This document shows, piece after piece, positions 19,601-29,597 of a stretch of DNA of 64,000 bases. The translations under genes and the position numbers were made by a program. This DNA is from Verrucomicrobiales bacterium (GTDB taxonomy: Bacteria; Verrucomicrobiota; Verrucomicrobiia; Verrucomicrobiales; V1-33). The number at the start of each line of letters is the position of its first letter. Within the stretch, counting starts at the first letter, position 1. Location of the stretch: contig JANOAV010000051.1 in the NCBI GenBank assembly GCA_031411295.1, positions 44,974 to 108,973 of the forward strand, in the 5' to 3' direction. The notes below the pieces were generated by a model. It saw only the letters and a list, made by a program, of their open reading frames with translations. It was not told where the DNA came from and searched no databases.

Positions 19601-22600
19601 CGGCATCGGTGGATTTGTATTCCACCTTAAGTGGTTCCTGCTTGTTGTCAGCCCCGGAAATAAACCCTGAGGGCGGGGAGTCCAAATCATCCAGCGGATT
19701 AAACATATCGCCAAAGTTACAACGGCTAACCGTCAGTTTCGCGCAGCGGCCATAGCACCAGCGCAGGTGGGAACCGGTCCAGGTGCAACCGTCCACCCAG
19801 ACCCAACTGCGGATGCTGCCGATGCTGCCCCAGTTTTCCTGATCCGCTTCCGTGGCATCAATGGGAGATGTGCCCTGAGCATTGATGAAGTCCACGTTGG
19901 CAACAATGTTTTCCAGGCTCAGCGAATCCACGATGCGCAGTCCGCCCCATTTGGCGGGGCCGGTCTGCACGCCAACCTTGATGGGATCACAATCGCCCGC
20001 CGCCACGGTGCCGGGCACATGGGAGAATTTGATGCGTAATGCAGGCGTTCCTTGCGCCAGAATGCGGCCATTGACCGTCATGCGCACGCCAGCATCGAAA
20101 TAGACGCTGGTGCCTGGCTCAATGGCCAGGGTGACTCCGTTGGGGACAGTAGTAGCAGCCGTAAGGCGGTAAGGTCCTCCTGCAGCGGTCCATGTCAGAA
20201 CACCGGTAGCGGAGTAAGGCATAGCTCCCATGTCCAAGCGCGTGGAGTCGGGATCGGTCAGGGCAGGATCGCCCGTGTCACGGCAGGGAGACGTGGCTTG
20301 CAGGTGGAAATTCTTCAAGCTAGGGCTCACGAACAGCGGATCTGCCGTAACGACTCCGGTTCCCGTGGGAGGCACAGGATCGGCTGGATTGGTGCCAGCA
20401 TTATCTTGATAGCAGGTATAGGCCACGGTGGTGTAGGGCCAGGGAATCGGAACGGTGGCGTAGTCGTTAGCCAGCGGAGTCACGGCGGAAATGATGGTGT
20501 TGCTGACGTTGAATGCCAAATGCGCATTGGCTGCAGTGCCGTATTTGTTGCGCGCATGGAGGCCCACACTGTGATAAGCGACGCCAGCCACTTGGTCGGA
20601 AGTATTGAGCGGATGCACCTCGCAGGCGATGGTGCAATTTTCCACGATGGTCGTGTAGATTGAAGCTTCGTCGCCAATTTGCGTTTTTGAGGAAATACCG
20701 AAATCACAATCAATGATCTGGGACCGCCGCACGGTGACATTGTTTTGCAGAAGACTGACGCCTTTATCGAACGAGTTCCGAATAATGCAATCTTCCACCG
20801 TAAAGGAACCGGCCAGGCCATCGAGACCGTCGTCCCCACAGTTGGCGAAGACGGATCGGCTGAAGAGCACACTCCGGCCACCGGAGTCGTGAATATAGAA
20901 ACAGTCGTTATCGTCATCCACCTGGTTATCATGGTAGTCTTTCAGCATTTCAGAAAAATTACAGTCTTCCACTATGCACGTGGTAGCATTAATTTCCGCC
21001 CCGGAAACACACCGGGCAAACTGACTGCGGCGGAGCGTTAGATTGGCGGAATTTTGCCCGACCAACCCCTTGCCTGAAACGTTGGCGGTCACGGAATCCA
21101 GGATGGAAACGTTGGAGTTACTAATGTAAAAACCGACACCCGTGTTAGCATCCAAGTGGTCCCCTTCCTTAGCACTGTGACCGGCCCGGTTGAGCAGACA
21201 ATATTGCAGCGTGGAAGCAGCCGCATTCACGATCCGCACGGCTCCCCAGCGAGCGGTGGCCGTGGCATCCGCGCTGGTGAAACTGATGGGCCGGGCCAAG
21301 GTGCCCATGGCTTGCAGGGAACCACTGACAATGAGATTAGCACCCGAGTGGTCGCCCAATCCTGGAGTGCCTGGCAGTAAGATATGGGTGCCGGGGTGAA
21401 TCGTTAGGGTTGACCCGGTCGGGACGGTAACGGAGCCGGCCAGATGGATGATTTTCTGTGGATTAGCACTGGCTTCATCCCCCCAAACCAGATCCCCTCC
21501 GGCCAAATTGCCCGCTGGAATGGTGCGTTCGGTAACACCAAACAGGCTGGTGAAATTCTTGGTGGCAGAACTGGCTCCCGCTGCTGTGGCGTTGAGCGTG
21601 AAGGGTCCGGGATTGGTGGTGGGAGCACCGGGTTCTGTGCCAATGAGTTCCAGATCGAAACTCAAATCAACGCTGTTAAGAGCATTGTGCATTTCCACCG
21701 CAATGGTGTTGGTGCCCACGGTTAGCAAATTCAACGACGACGTGATATCGATCGTCTCAAATTCCGTTTCCAGAGGCGTCGTGCCCGAACCGCTAATCGA
21801 TCGGTTGGCGAAGGTGGTATAAGTAATCGCCCCCGCTGGGAGTCCCCGGCGGGCCGCGGTGATCTCCGTGCCGTTCAGATAAATCGCGGCCCCATCATCG
21901 GCTAACAGTTTCAAGGTCAAGGCGTTAAAGACCGCAGGATTCGCCACATTGAAGGTGTGCCGGAAATACCAAGTGCGTCGAGCGGTCCCGCCGGCGGCTA
22001 TTGAAGTCACGTTAGAAATCGTGGTGCGCTGGTCTTGCGTATTGCCCGCGCCTTCATAACCAAGTTCGCCCGTGCCACTGTCCCAAGCGGAATCTAGATA
22101 ACCTACTGCATTCCACGCCTTGCCGTTGGTATCGTTGGCTGGGGCGGTATTGAGGGTGGGACTGTGCCATTTCCAAGTAGGGGCAGTCAGGTTAGGAGAC
22201 GCTGCGGTCCCTCCCTTTTGAATTAGCGTCGTGGTGGCCCCAGGGCCTCCAGAGGAACCAATGGTAATCAAGGCGCTGCCCATGCCGTTTTTTACATCCA
22301 CGGTGGTGGGGGAAATGCTAACACCATTGCTGGCGGTTAGATTGACGGTGGTATTCCATTTATCACGATCTAAATTTCCCTGAGGATTCTTTAGATCCAC
22401 GCGCACTAACACAGGGTAACCCGGCAGATAAGAGTCCGGTGCCAGCAGTGACATTACACTGCTGGCAGCACCGCCGCTGAGCGTTCCGGAGACGTTGGTA
22501 TAAGTGGCCGCAACCGGTTGCCAAATGATGGTGGCCGTCAGCGTCTGGAGCACCGTGCCAGTGCCATTCTTACCGCTGTAAAATAGTGCTGTCACCGTAT

Positions 22601-25010
22601 TGGTGCCAGGACGCAGCACGGAACCTCCACCAATAGGCACGGCCAAACTCCATGTTCCTGCAGTGGCGGCAGGAGTGGTCACAGTCTTGTAACTCAATGT
22701 CGCTGCTACGCCATTGACGAGGATGCTGTGGGTGGCCGCCACATTGAAATTTCCACTGATCGTGGCAGCTCCATCGTTGGTCCGATTGAAGCCCTCAATG
22801 GCGGTTCCAGCAGTGGTGGCTATGAGAGAGTAGGCCGTGGGAATTTGCGTCAGCAAATTGGCCCGGCGGTTATCGATGAACGCCTTGATGTTCGTCAGCG
22901 TGGCTGCGGGCACCCAGGCTCCCACCAGACGATCCAGCATCGGATCCAGCGTGGCGCGGTTGAACCATTTATCCATCTGCTCCAGCACCTTTGCATAGTA
23001 GAGCGGGACGATGTCAGGATGATTGAACAGCCGCGTCAGGCCCACCACTCCCGTTCCAGGAGTGGTGCTGCCGAAGGCGTTGTCATAGCTAAAAATCGAG
23101 CGTGTGACGGGGTTGCCCGAAGCCAACCCCAGATTGAATACGGCATCGAAATCATGCGGTAGCAGGAAGAAACGTTGATCGACGACACCCCGATACATCC
23201 CCGCATCATCCGCGCGCCCGCTTTGCAGGCCGCCTTCCTGATTTCCAATCACGGCATCCGTGGCGAAGAACGTCAGCCATTGGTCCAGATTAATTTTCGC
23301 AGACAACTCCGCCACGTAATTCGCATCGGTGATGGCAGGCTGATCCACGGTGCCGCCCGTGATGGGCGCGCTGATGACTTTACACAGCGCAGCGAGGTCC
23401 GAGTAATCATTGAGTTCCTCGTTTGTCTTCTTGATGTAAGTGTCGCTATACGCCGCTGGGTCTGTGCCCTCATATTTGAACTCGCCACTGCCCAGATTTC
23501 CCACCGGGACGCCCACGGTGCCGGGAGCGTGATCGTCTAGCCGATAAACATTTCCGTCAGGATCGTTTGGGAAATGCTCTTTCACCCAGGCCCCATTGGC
23601 AGGCTCGATCCGCACATAGTGACCGAACATGATGCCTGCTGGCTGTGCCAAGTCCGTGCCGTTGACGTGAATCCTAACGGGCGTCGCTTCCTGGGCCGCA
23701 ATGCCAGCCAACTGGAACATCAGTGCGCCAATCGCCTGGCTGTGCGGATACTGGCAATTGAATTGCGCGCTCACCCGACCGCCCCAGGGATCATCATTGG
23801 GCAGGCCCAAATAGTAGTTATTCGGCGGACCCACGCGGCTGCCGGTGCCCCGATTCCGCGTCTCCGCGCGATAATGCACTTCCATGCCCCGACCATCCTG
23901 AATGATGAAGGTCGTGTTCATGGCCGCGTCCGAGTCAGCCTGTGGCAAGGCGCTGCCGATGTTTGCTAATTCCGCACGCTCCGCTTCCGTCATCACGAAA
24001 CGATACAACGGACCCCCCGCCAGGTTCTTGAAATCCTCCGCCGCATTGAAACTATTCTCCACTTGATATAGACAGTTGGTAACTTGGCCGTAAGTTTCCG
24101 GCACCACGCCCACATCCGACGTCCGAGCTGGCGCGGGCCAAGTGCGGGAGTTCGTGCCGTCCGTGGCGGAAACGTAGAATTCCACCACCGCCTTGTCCGC
24201 CTGAGCGGGGATCGTGGCGTCAACTTCACCATCAAAATCAGAATCCGCCATGGGTAGCGTTTGCCATGTTCCTGCATCCAACCGCCAATGCAACGTAGCC
24301 AGGCCCAGACCCGCTTCGTCTGACAAATCGCACGACACCTGAACTGGCTCCGTGGCATGAGGCACCAGCGGATGATGTTTCATCGCCAAGAGGACCGGTG
24401 CCCCATCCGCCGCCGCCACCGAGTTGGCAACCCCCGGAGTCCCACCCGTCGTCGTGCTCGCCTTCCAATTCTGGCCATTGTTCTTGTGCAGCGCAGCGCT
24501 CACTAACTCCATCGATTTACCCCCACCATCGGCGGGATTCACCCAAATCCAGCCCTTGTGGCCCAAATCATCTGCCCCACGGGCGCGCGTCGCCCAATCG
24601 CCTTCGGTAAAATAATCCACCTGATCGACCTGCACGCCTGCTGCATCGGCTAGCCGGATCGTTTCCCCAGAGTCGCTAAGATTCCCCGTCCATCCACCCA
24701 CCACGTTAGTCACGGTGGGATGGAGCGCTTGGAAAACCGCCACATTGGCCGCCACCACCAGATAACCATTCGCTGGAATGACCGTGCCCGCAGGAATCGT
24801 AAATGCCACGCCCTTGGTAAATTGCCAATTTCCGACCGGAGCCGCCACCGCATCCGGATTATATATTTCCAGCCACTCTTGGGCAATATTTTCCGGCACT
24901 GCGGCGGAGTGAAACATAATTTCACTAATCACAGGTGCAGCAGCACCCAGCGAAGGCAGTGCCAATGCAGCAGCGGCCGTGAGAAAACGGAAGGAACGGG
25001 GATGAATCAT
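16614..25010 (-). CDS. Giant secreted protein (2798 aa): lamin-tail domains, CotH kinase-like domain, right-handed beta-helix regions, C-terminal W...F.L.V domain
   Basis: Signal peptide; four LTD starts (VISEIMF, VINEVLA, RINEWLA, RITEIMY); CotH-like RGTGSR...LLPHDFD; beta-helix DDGLDG/FDKGVS. Confidence 0.8.
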   Translation of the reverse strand: MIHPRSFRFLTAAAALALPSLGAAAPVISEIMFHSAAVPENIAQEWLEIYNPDAVAAPVGNWQFTKGVAFTIPAGTVIPANGYLVVAANVAVFQALHPTVTNVVGGWTGNLSDSGETIRLADAAGVQVDQVDYFTEGDWATRARGADDLGHKGWIWVNPADGGGKSMELVSAALHKNNGQNWKASTTTGGTPGVANSVAAADGAPVLLAMKHHPLVPHATEPVQVSCDLSDEAGLGLATLHWRLDAGTWQTLPMADSDFDGEVDATIPAQADKAVVEFYVSATDGTNSRTWPAPARTSDVGVVPETYGQVTNCLYQVENSFNAAEDFKNLAGGPLYRFVMTEAERAELANIGSALPQADSDAAMNTTFIIQDGRGMEVHYRAETRNRGTGSRVGPPNNYYLGLPNDDPWGGRVSAQFNCQYPHSQAIGALMFQLAGIAAQEATPVRIHVNGTDLAQPAGIMFGHYVRIEPANGAWVKEHFPNDPDGNVYRLDDHAPGTVGVPVGNLGSGEFKYEGTDPAAYSDTYIKKTNEELNDYSDLAALCKVISAPITGGTVDQPAITDANYVAELSAKINLDQWLTFFATDAVIGNQEGGLQSGRADDAGMYRGVVDQRFFLLPHDFDAVFNLGLASGNPVTRSIFSYDNAFGSTTPGTGVVGLTRLFNHPDIVPLYYAKVLEQMDKWFNRATLDPMLDRLVGAWVPAATLTNIKAFIDNRRANLLTQIPTAYSLIATTAGTAIEGFNRTNDGAATISGNFNVAATHSILVNGVAATLSYKTVTTPAATAGTWSLAVPIGGGSVLRPGTNTVTALFYSGKNGTGTVLQTLTATIIWQPVAATYTNVSGTLSGGAASSVMSLLAPDSYLPGYPVLVRVDLKNPQGNLDRDKWNTTVNLTASNGVSISPTTVDVKNGMGSALITIGSSGGPGATTTLIQKGGTAASPNLTAPTWKWHSPTLNTAPANDTNGKAWNAVGYLDSAWDSGTGELGYEGAGNTQDQRTTISNVTSIAAGGTARRTWYFRHTFNVANPAVFNALTLKLLADDGAAIYLNGTEITAARRGLPAGAITYTTFANRSISGSGTTPLETEFETIDITSSLNLLTVGTNTIAVEMHNALNSVDLSFDLELIGTEPGAPTTNPGPFTLNATAAGASSATKNFTSLFGVTERTIPAGNLAGGDLVWGDEASANPQKIIHLAGSVTVPTGSTLTIHPGTHILLPGTPGLGDHSGANLIVSGSLQAMGTLARPISFTSADATATARWGAVRIVNAAASTLQYCLLNRAGHSAKEGDHLDANTGVGFYISNSNVSILDSVTANVSGKGLVGQNSANLTLRRSQFARCVSGAEINATTCIVEDCNFSEMLKDYHDNQVDDDNDCFYIHDSGGRSVLFSRSVFANCGDDGLDGLAGSFTVEDCIIRNSFDKGVSLLQNNVTVRRSQIIDCDFGISSKTQIGDEASIYTTIVENCTIACEVHPLNTSDQVAGVAYHSVGLHARNKYGTAANAHLAFNVSNTIISAVTPLANDYATVPIPWPYTTVAYTCYQDNAGTNPADPVPPTGTGVVTADPLFVSPSLKNFHLQATSPCRDTGDPALTDPDSTRLDMGAMPYSATGVLTWTAAGGPYRLTAATTVPNGVTLAIEPGTSVYFDAGVRMTVNGRILAQGTPALRIKFSHVPGTVAAGDCDPIKVGVQTGPAKWGGLRIVDSLSLENIVANVDFINAQGTSPIDATEADQENWGSIGSIRSWVWVDGCTWTGSHLRWCYGRCAKLTVSRCNFGDMFNPLDDLDSPPSGFISGADNKQEPLKVEYKSTDAALTGNANFVGGFPVGGYFRVYANDFHGNKGHNDVFDGDGGQVGVSFPLDCRYNYFHGLTGDEHMDLKGDALIAHNIMEHGTKDRWTSDTGYSNAISTDGLGGSIPVTDMIARNLVFDMDHLINCKLNVAAIVEHNTIANMHADFHYTDSAFGIDQQVKCSVVNMMVENDAGNSPPRGDGCYLGYNVISNVPRLISSADKRQAGTKDVFFTDVTTRVQFNQNIVDQITDTVIGANHPGGIFNPAYGVNTQSPALFVDPANKNYSLKTESLAKGAGPGGMDLGFGCPEWAYIAGGPNGTTDATTATFTIGGPGLIAYKYRLDGGAYSAQTTIGTGAIFNRSGLTVRDATLTLTSLTPGLHTLEVLGMDYAGNWQNADPAKTYLGLPQFAPTSRTWTVGTALPLVINEVLAENVAAHNNGGTFPDYVEIHNPNATSVSLNGWMLSDNSLKLNKYVFPAATTIPANGYMLVYCDGPAATPGLHATFSLKGEEGEAVYLSQSGVVKDSIVYGRQIPDYSIGRLGTAGTWSLNVPTPGAANTAARLGEPTNVRINEWLASSDIRFNEDWIELYNPSTLPVSLSGLSLTDNVANAFYHTLFPPLSFMAPGYGKFTADASPTKGANHLSFQLNQFTDELALYAGSTQLQRVRVDPQVTDVSQGLVTTGGVGGLDYFVLPTDTLPNGTGDPAYANALAILNGLRITEIMYHHPLGDALQYVELTNTGATTLNLAGVSFTNGIDFTFPLGFTLAAGAQCVVAANVDVFTARYGSGTPIAGTFIGNLDNSGETLAITLAPPFDANILSFDYRGNWYAAADGGGGAILLVSNTTAISDFKNRSSWTSTALGGSPAGLATQAPPQTGYTAWRNYYGGLIALADEDFDGIDNLMEYSVGTDYTKSSTTQYLAPNVPADDHLRVNFTLPQTSVLGGMGLPDIHYIIQAGDDLNGWTTIAEKLPTSATWTGTATVTIGTASGGRIPVTVRDPQATAGQNRRFMSLKVQTVP

Positions 25011-25260
25011 AGGATTGCGGGGGAAAGAGGCAGGGGCCTCGGGAATGTGGCGCTTTTGTAACAGGGATTCCCAGCAGGGGTCAAGAAATTCCGTGCTGAT
25101 TTAAGTAACGGGGAATTCCCTATCGTGCAGAACTCGTTGCAAATGACGCGATTTTCATTGGTCAACGGCGTTGCCACCGACGGCAGAGCGGCACAATTTT
25201 GCACCGTGCACGGTCGATTTCACTGGCGGAAGCCTTCGGTTGGGTCAGATTGGAACCGTT

Positions 25261-27225
25261 ATGAAGGAAACCAACGATACTAGCGAAACTAGTGAAAAGC
25301 ACGGATTACACAAACTCTCCAAAACCACCTTAATCATTGCCGCTCTGGGAGTGGTGTTTGGCGACATCGGGACCAGTCCCATTTATACCCTGAAGGAATG
25401 TTTCAGTCCACTGAGCACGCACCACATAGCTTCGACACCGGGAAACATTCTCGGGGTGGTCTCGCTGGTGCTGTGGGCGTTGATCCTGCTGATCTGCATC
25501 AAGTATCTGGTGTTTGTTCTGCGGGCCGATAACAAAGGTGAGGGCGGCGTGCTGTCCCTGATGTCACTGGCGGTGCATGGCATGTCCGAGACCGCCAAGC
25601 GGAGGCGGGTGATTGTCGTGCTGGGCTTGTTTGGAGCGGCCTTGTTATTTGGCGACGGGGTGATCACGCCCGCCATTTCCGTGCTCAGTGCCGTGGAGGG
25701 ACTCAAGGACGGTGGCCTGCTGGGAGAAGTGCCCGTGGATGCAGCTGCCGCTTTAGTTTGGGAGCATCACACCCAATGGCTGATCATCGGTATCACTGCG
25801 GTGATTCTCATTGTGTTGTTCTCGGTGCAATTTTTGGGCACGGCCAAAATGGGAAAATTCTTCGGCCCCATTACCGCCGTGTGGTTTGCGTGCATCGGCG
25901 TGCTGGGTGCCTCGCACTTAATTCATGGTCCGGAAATCCTGGCTGCGTTCAATCCTCTGCACGGCTGGAATTTCCTCCTCCATGGCGGTCATGCCTCGTT
26001 TGTGATCCTCGGCTCCGTCTTCCTGGCTGTGACCGGAGGAGAGGCGCTGTATGCCGACATGGGTCACTTTGGGAAAAGCCCGATCCGCCGGGGTTGGTTC
26101 ACGCTAGTATTTCCTGCGCTGATGCTCAACTACTTGGGCCAGGGTGCGCTGTTGATTAAGCAACCCGACTTGGCCTACTCCCCGTTTTTCCAGATGGCTC
26201 CGAATTGGGCGGTGTTGCCGCTGGTGCTGCTGGCCACCGCAGCCACCGTGATTGCCTCGCAAGCGTTGATTACCGGGACGTTCTCCCTCACGCTGAGTGC
26301 AGTGCAGTTGGGTTTCCTGCCCCGCCTCAGCATTCGCCATACTTCAGAACATGCGCGCGGGCAGATCTACATTCCACTGGTGAACTGGACACTCATGCTG
26401 GCCTGTCTGGGCCTGGTGCTGGCGTTCCGGACGTCGTCAAATTTAGCCGCCGCGTATGGCGTGGCCGTCACCATGACCATGCTCATCACCACGATTTTGT
26501 TCTACTTCGTGGCACGCCATTTGTGGAGTTGGTCATTTCTTAAAGCCGCCGCGCTCTGCACGATCTTTGGGTTGATCGAGGTCGCGTTCCTCAGCGCCAA
26601 TCTGCTGAAGTTCTTCGACGGCGGATGGTTCCCGCTCGCAGTGGGCGGACTCCTCTTCGTGATCATGACCACCTGGGCGACCGGGCGGCGGTTAGTGCGC
26701 CTGCGTTTGGAAGCCAGTGCCATTTCCCAGGAAATGTTGGTGGAGAGCCTGGGCCGTCGGCCTCCCATCAGCGTGCCCGGCACCGCCATCTTCATGACCA
26801 GTTCCAGTGGCCGCAGCCCGGTGGCCCTGCTCCATAGTTTGAAACATTACCAAGCGATTCATCAACGCGTCATTTTCATGACGCTCTTGGTGGAGGATGA
26901 ACCCTGGGTGCCGCCTAGTCGGCGGGTGGAAGTTACGGAGCTGGGGGATGGGTTTTGGCGTGTGACCGGTCGCTTCGGCTTCATGCAGAAGCCCAACGTG
27001 CCGCGCCTGCTGCGCCAGTGCGCTGCGCTGGGCTTGGAAGTTGCCGCCGATCAAGCCACGTTCTTCCTCGGCCGGGAAATCATTGTTCCCAGTGACAAGC
27101 CCGGGATGGCGCGCTGGCGGGAGCATTTGTTTGCGTTGGCTAGTAGCGTCGCCCAACAGCCTGCGACGTATTTTCAAATTCCCGTTGGCCGTGTGATTGA
27201 ATTGGGACAACAAGTGGAGATCTAA
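25261..27225 (+). CDS. kup: KUP/HAK/KT potassium transporter
   Basis: GVVFGDIGTSPIY, ADNKGEGG, TGGEALYADMGHFG, GQIYIP, RVIELGQQVEI. Confidence 0.97.
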   Translation: MKETNDTSETSEKHGLHKLSKTTLIIAALGVVFGDIGTSPIYTLKECFSPLSTHHIASTPGNILGVVSLVLWALILLICIKYLVFVLRADNKGEGGVLSLMSLAVHGMSETAKRRRVIVVLGLFGAALLFGDGVITPAISVLSAVEGLKDGGLLGEVPVDAAAALVWEHHTQWLIIGITAVILIVLFSVQFLGTAKMGKFFGPITAVWFACIGVLGASHLIHGPEILAAFNPLHGWNFLLHGGHASFVILGSVFLAVTGGEALYADMGHFGKSPIRRGWFTLVFPALMLNYLGQGALLIKQPDLAYSPFFQMAPNWAVLPLVLLATAATVIASQALITGTFSLTLSAVQLGFLPRLSIRHTSEHARGQIYIPLVNWTLMLACLGLVLAFRTSSNLAAAYGVAVTMTMLITTILFYFVARHLWSWSFLKAAALCTIFGLIEVAFLSANLLKFFDGGWFPLAVGGLLFVIMTTWATGRRLVRLRLEASAISQEMLVESLGRRPPISVPGTAIFMTSSSGRSPVALLHSLKHYQAIHQRVIFMTLLVEDEPWVPPSRRVEVTELGDGFWRVTGRFGFMQKPNVPRLLRQCAALGLEVAADQATFFLGREIIVPSDKPGMARWREHLFALASSVAQQPATYFQIPVGRVIELGQQVEI

Positions 27226-27260
27226 GAGGGTTTCCATTTTAAAATGAGTGAATTCGAAAG

Positions 27261-27320
27261 AATGTGGATCAGCCCGCTGGGCTGATCTAGAATGAGCAGC
27301 CCAGCGGGCTGCTCCACATT
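27261..27320. repeat. REP family A doublet inside a degenerate TIR-bounded element (~27223-27349)
   Basis: AATGTGGATCAGCCCGCTGGGCTG...CAGCCCAGCGGGCTGCTCCACATT; outer AGAGGGTTTCCA / TGGAAATGGTCT. Confidence 0.7.
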
Positions 27321-27530
27321 CTACCGTTTTCTTTCTGGAAATGGTCTAAGACGGTTTTTCACCGATAACCCAGTAGAGTAATGTTCCCTGCGCAGAGCGA
27401 AAAGGCTGGGCGCTTCATGAGCCAACAGCAGCCACTGCATGCGGAGCCCCCCCTGCAACTCTCGCATCACGGCTGGCGGGTGCGTGAATCATCTTGACCC
27501 GCCTGCAATCTCGTTCTTGGTTGCCGACCC

Positions 27531-27797
27531 ATGTCTGAACCTTCCCTTACCGATGCGCTAACCGCGCTGGAATCCGCCTTGCAGCAACGACTCGATGTCA
27601 TTGCGGACCATGCGTTGCGGGATACTGACCCCGCTGGTCAGTTGCGAGCGCTGCAGGAAGTTTCCGAGCGCATTTTCCAACTCCAGGAACAATATGGCCC
27701 ACAGTTGTCGCCCCAGTTGCAACATTTCCTGAGCAGTCAAAGTTACACGAAGGCGCTGGCCGTCTTGCGCGCCAAACCAGCTGCTTCCATCAACTAA
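27531..27797 (+). CDS. Small hypothetical protein
   Basis: 88-aa helical ORF 13 nt before hisI, with TTGACC upstream. Confidence 0.75.
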   Translation: MSEPSLTDALTALESALQQRLDVIADHALRDTDPAGQLRALQEVSERIFQLQEQYGPQLSPQLQHFLSSQSYTKALAVLRAKPAASIN

Positions 27798-27810
27798 AAT
27801 TTCCCCCACC

Positions 27811-28254
27811 ATGTTTACTCCCCGCACTGACAAAAAGGCCATCGAAACCGGCAGCGGTTTTGCCCCAAAATTCGACCAGGACGGACTCATCGTCGCCATC
27901 GCGCAGGACGCGGACAGCGGAGAAGTCTTGATGGTGGCTTACATGAATGAAGCCTCACTCGAACTCACGCTGCAATGTGGCGAGGCCGTTTACTACAGCC
28001 GCAGTCGTCAGGAAATCTGGCACAAGGGCAAGACCAGCGGCCATGTCCAGCAGGTGCGAGCCATTCTCACCGACTGCGATCAGGATGCGCTGGTGTTGAA
28101 AGTGAAACAGTTAGGTGAAGGGGCCTGCCACACGGGTTATCGCAGTTGTTTCTACCGTCGCGTGGAATTCCCCGTGGCCGATCCGGTGGCGCTCGCCCCC
28201 GAAATTACGGAGAAGGCCTACGACGCGGAGAAAGTTTACGGCACGAAATCCTAA
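27811..28254 (+). CDS. hisI: Phosphoribosyl-AMP cyclohydrolase
   Basis: [33 protein letters not shown]. Confidence 0.97.
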   Translation: MFTPRTDKKAIETGSGFAPKFDQDGLIVAIAQDADSGEVLMVAYMNEASLELTLQCGEAVYYSRSRQEIWHKGKTSGHVQQVRAILTDCDQDALVLKVKQLGEGACHTGYRSCFYRRVEFPVADPVALAPEITEKAYDAEKVYGTKS

Positions 28255-28259
28255 CCGGC

Positions 28260-28754
28260 ATGGCGCTCTGTCACATCGCGCTGGGATCCAATCTGGGAGA
28301 ACGGGCGGCCAACCTCCAGGCCGCCTGCGCCCTGCTGCCGCCGCATCGATCCTCCGCCGTGTATGAGACCGATCCAGTTGATTGCCCGCCGGATTCGCTG
28401 CCGTTTCTCAATGCCGTAGTGGCCGTGGAATGGGCAGGCACGGCCCAGGAACTTCACAAGATCACGAAGGGCATCGAAGCCAAGTTAGGACGCCCCACCA
28501 ACCGCTCGCGCAACGCTCCCCGCCTCATCGATCTTGATTTACTTACCTTCGGTCCAGAAATCATCGCCACGACCGAACTGCAAATCCCACACCCCCGACT
28601 GCACCAGCGACGTTTCGTCCTGCAACCGTTGGCCGACTTATCTCCCGACTTGATCTTGCCGGGATTCACGCACAACATCGCGTCCTTATTGGCGCACTTG
28701 GATTCTCCCGAACCTCCCCTGCGCCAGTTTTCCTCCTCATGCCTGCTCCCATAA
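28260..28754 (+). CDS. folK: 2-amino-4-hydroxy-6-hydroxymethyldihydropteridine diphosphokinase
   Basis: IALGSNLG, FLNAV, PRLIDLDLL, IPHPRLHQRRFVL. Confidence 0.95.
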   Translation: MALCHIALGSNLGERAANLQAACALLPPHRSSAVYETDPVDCPPDSLPFLNAVVAVEWAGTAQELHKITKGIEAKLGRPTNRSRNAPRLIDLDLLTFGPEIIATTELQIPHPRLHQRRFVLQPLADLSPDLILPGFTHNIASLLAHLDSPEPPLRQFSSSCLLP

Positions 28755-29515
28755 CTCCCTCTCCAAAACTCGCGCATCTCGCCACCCTGAAGCCCGCCCG
28801 GCAGAAAGTCTGTGTGCTCACGGCGGCAGACTACCCCACGGCTCGGCTGCTGGATGAAGCCGGCGTGGACATCGTGCTCGTGGGCGATTCCTTGGGCATG
28901 GTGGTGCTCGGCTATCCGGACACCGTGGAAGTGACCCTGACGGAAATGGAGCATCATACCCGGGCCGTGAAACGCGGCGTGGAGCGGGCGGTCATCGTTT
29001 CCGATTTGCCGTATCACACGTATCAAACTCCCGCCAAAGCAGTGCACTCCGCACAAAAGCTGGTGAAGGCTGGAGCGGATGCTGTGAAGCTGGAAGGCGG
29101 CATTTCCATGATTGCGCAAGTGAAGGCGATTCTCAAAGCCGGCATTCCCGTGATGGGCCATATCGGCATGTTGCCGCAGTCCGTGCGCGAAGAAGGCGGC
29201 TATAAGAAGAAAGGCAAAACGCCGCAGGAAGCAGAGCGTTTGCTGGCGGACGCACAAGCCTTGGACGAAATCGGCGTGATCGCCATCGTGCTGGAAGGAA
29301 TGGTCCCCGCCGTGGCCGCAGAAATTTCCCGTAACGTCCACTGCCCCACCATCGGCATCGGAGCTGGCCCGGATTGTGACGGCCAAGTGCTCGTCACGCA
29401 CGATCTCACCGGAGCCTTCCCCTGGTTCCGCCCACCCTTTGCCAAGGCTCAAGCAGATGTGGCCGGAGAAATCAGCAAAGCCGCTGCGGCCTTTATGGCG
29501 GAAGTGAAGCGGTAA
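28739..29515 (+). CDS. panB: 3-methyl-2-oxobutanoate hydroxymethyltransferase
   Basis: LVGDSLGM, AVKLEGG, GHIG, TIGIGAG.CDGQVLV. Confidence 0.97.
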   Translation: MPAPITPSPKLAHLATLKPARQKVCVLTAADYPTARLLDEAGVDIVLVGDSLGMVVLGYPDTVEVTLTEMEHHTRAVKRGVERAVIVSDLPYHTYQTPAKAVHSAQKLVKAGADAVKLEGGISMIAQVKAILKAGIPVMGHIGMLPQSVREEGGYKKKGKTPQEAERLLADAQALDEIGVIAIVLEGMVPAVAAEISRNVHCPTIGIGAGPDCDGQVLVTHDLTGAFPWFRPPFAKAQADVAGEISKAAAAFMAEVKR

Positions 29516-29520
29516 TGGCT

Positions 29521-29597
29521 AAGCGAGCGTGGGAGCAGTCCGCTGGACTGCTCTAATCATGTGCCTTGCCGCAGCCCAGCGGGCTGCTACCACACTC
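29521..29597. repeat. REP family A long direct repeat, copy 1
   Basis: AAGCGAGCGTGGGAGCAGTCCGCTGGACTGCTCTAATCATGTGCCTTGCCGCAGCCCAGCGGGCTGCTACCACACTC. Confidence 0.85.
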
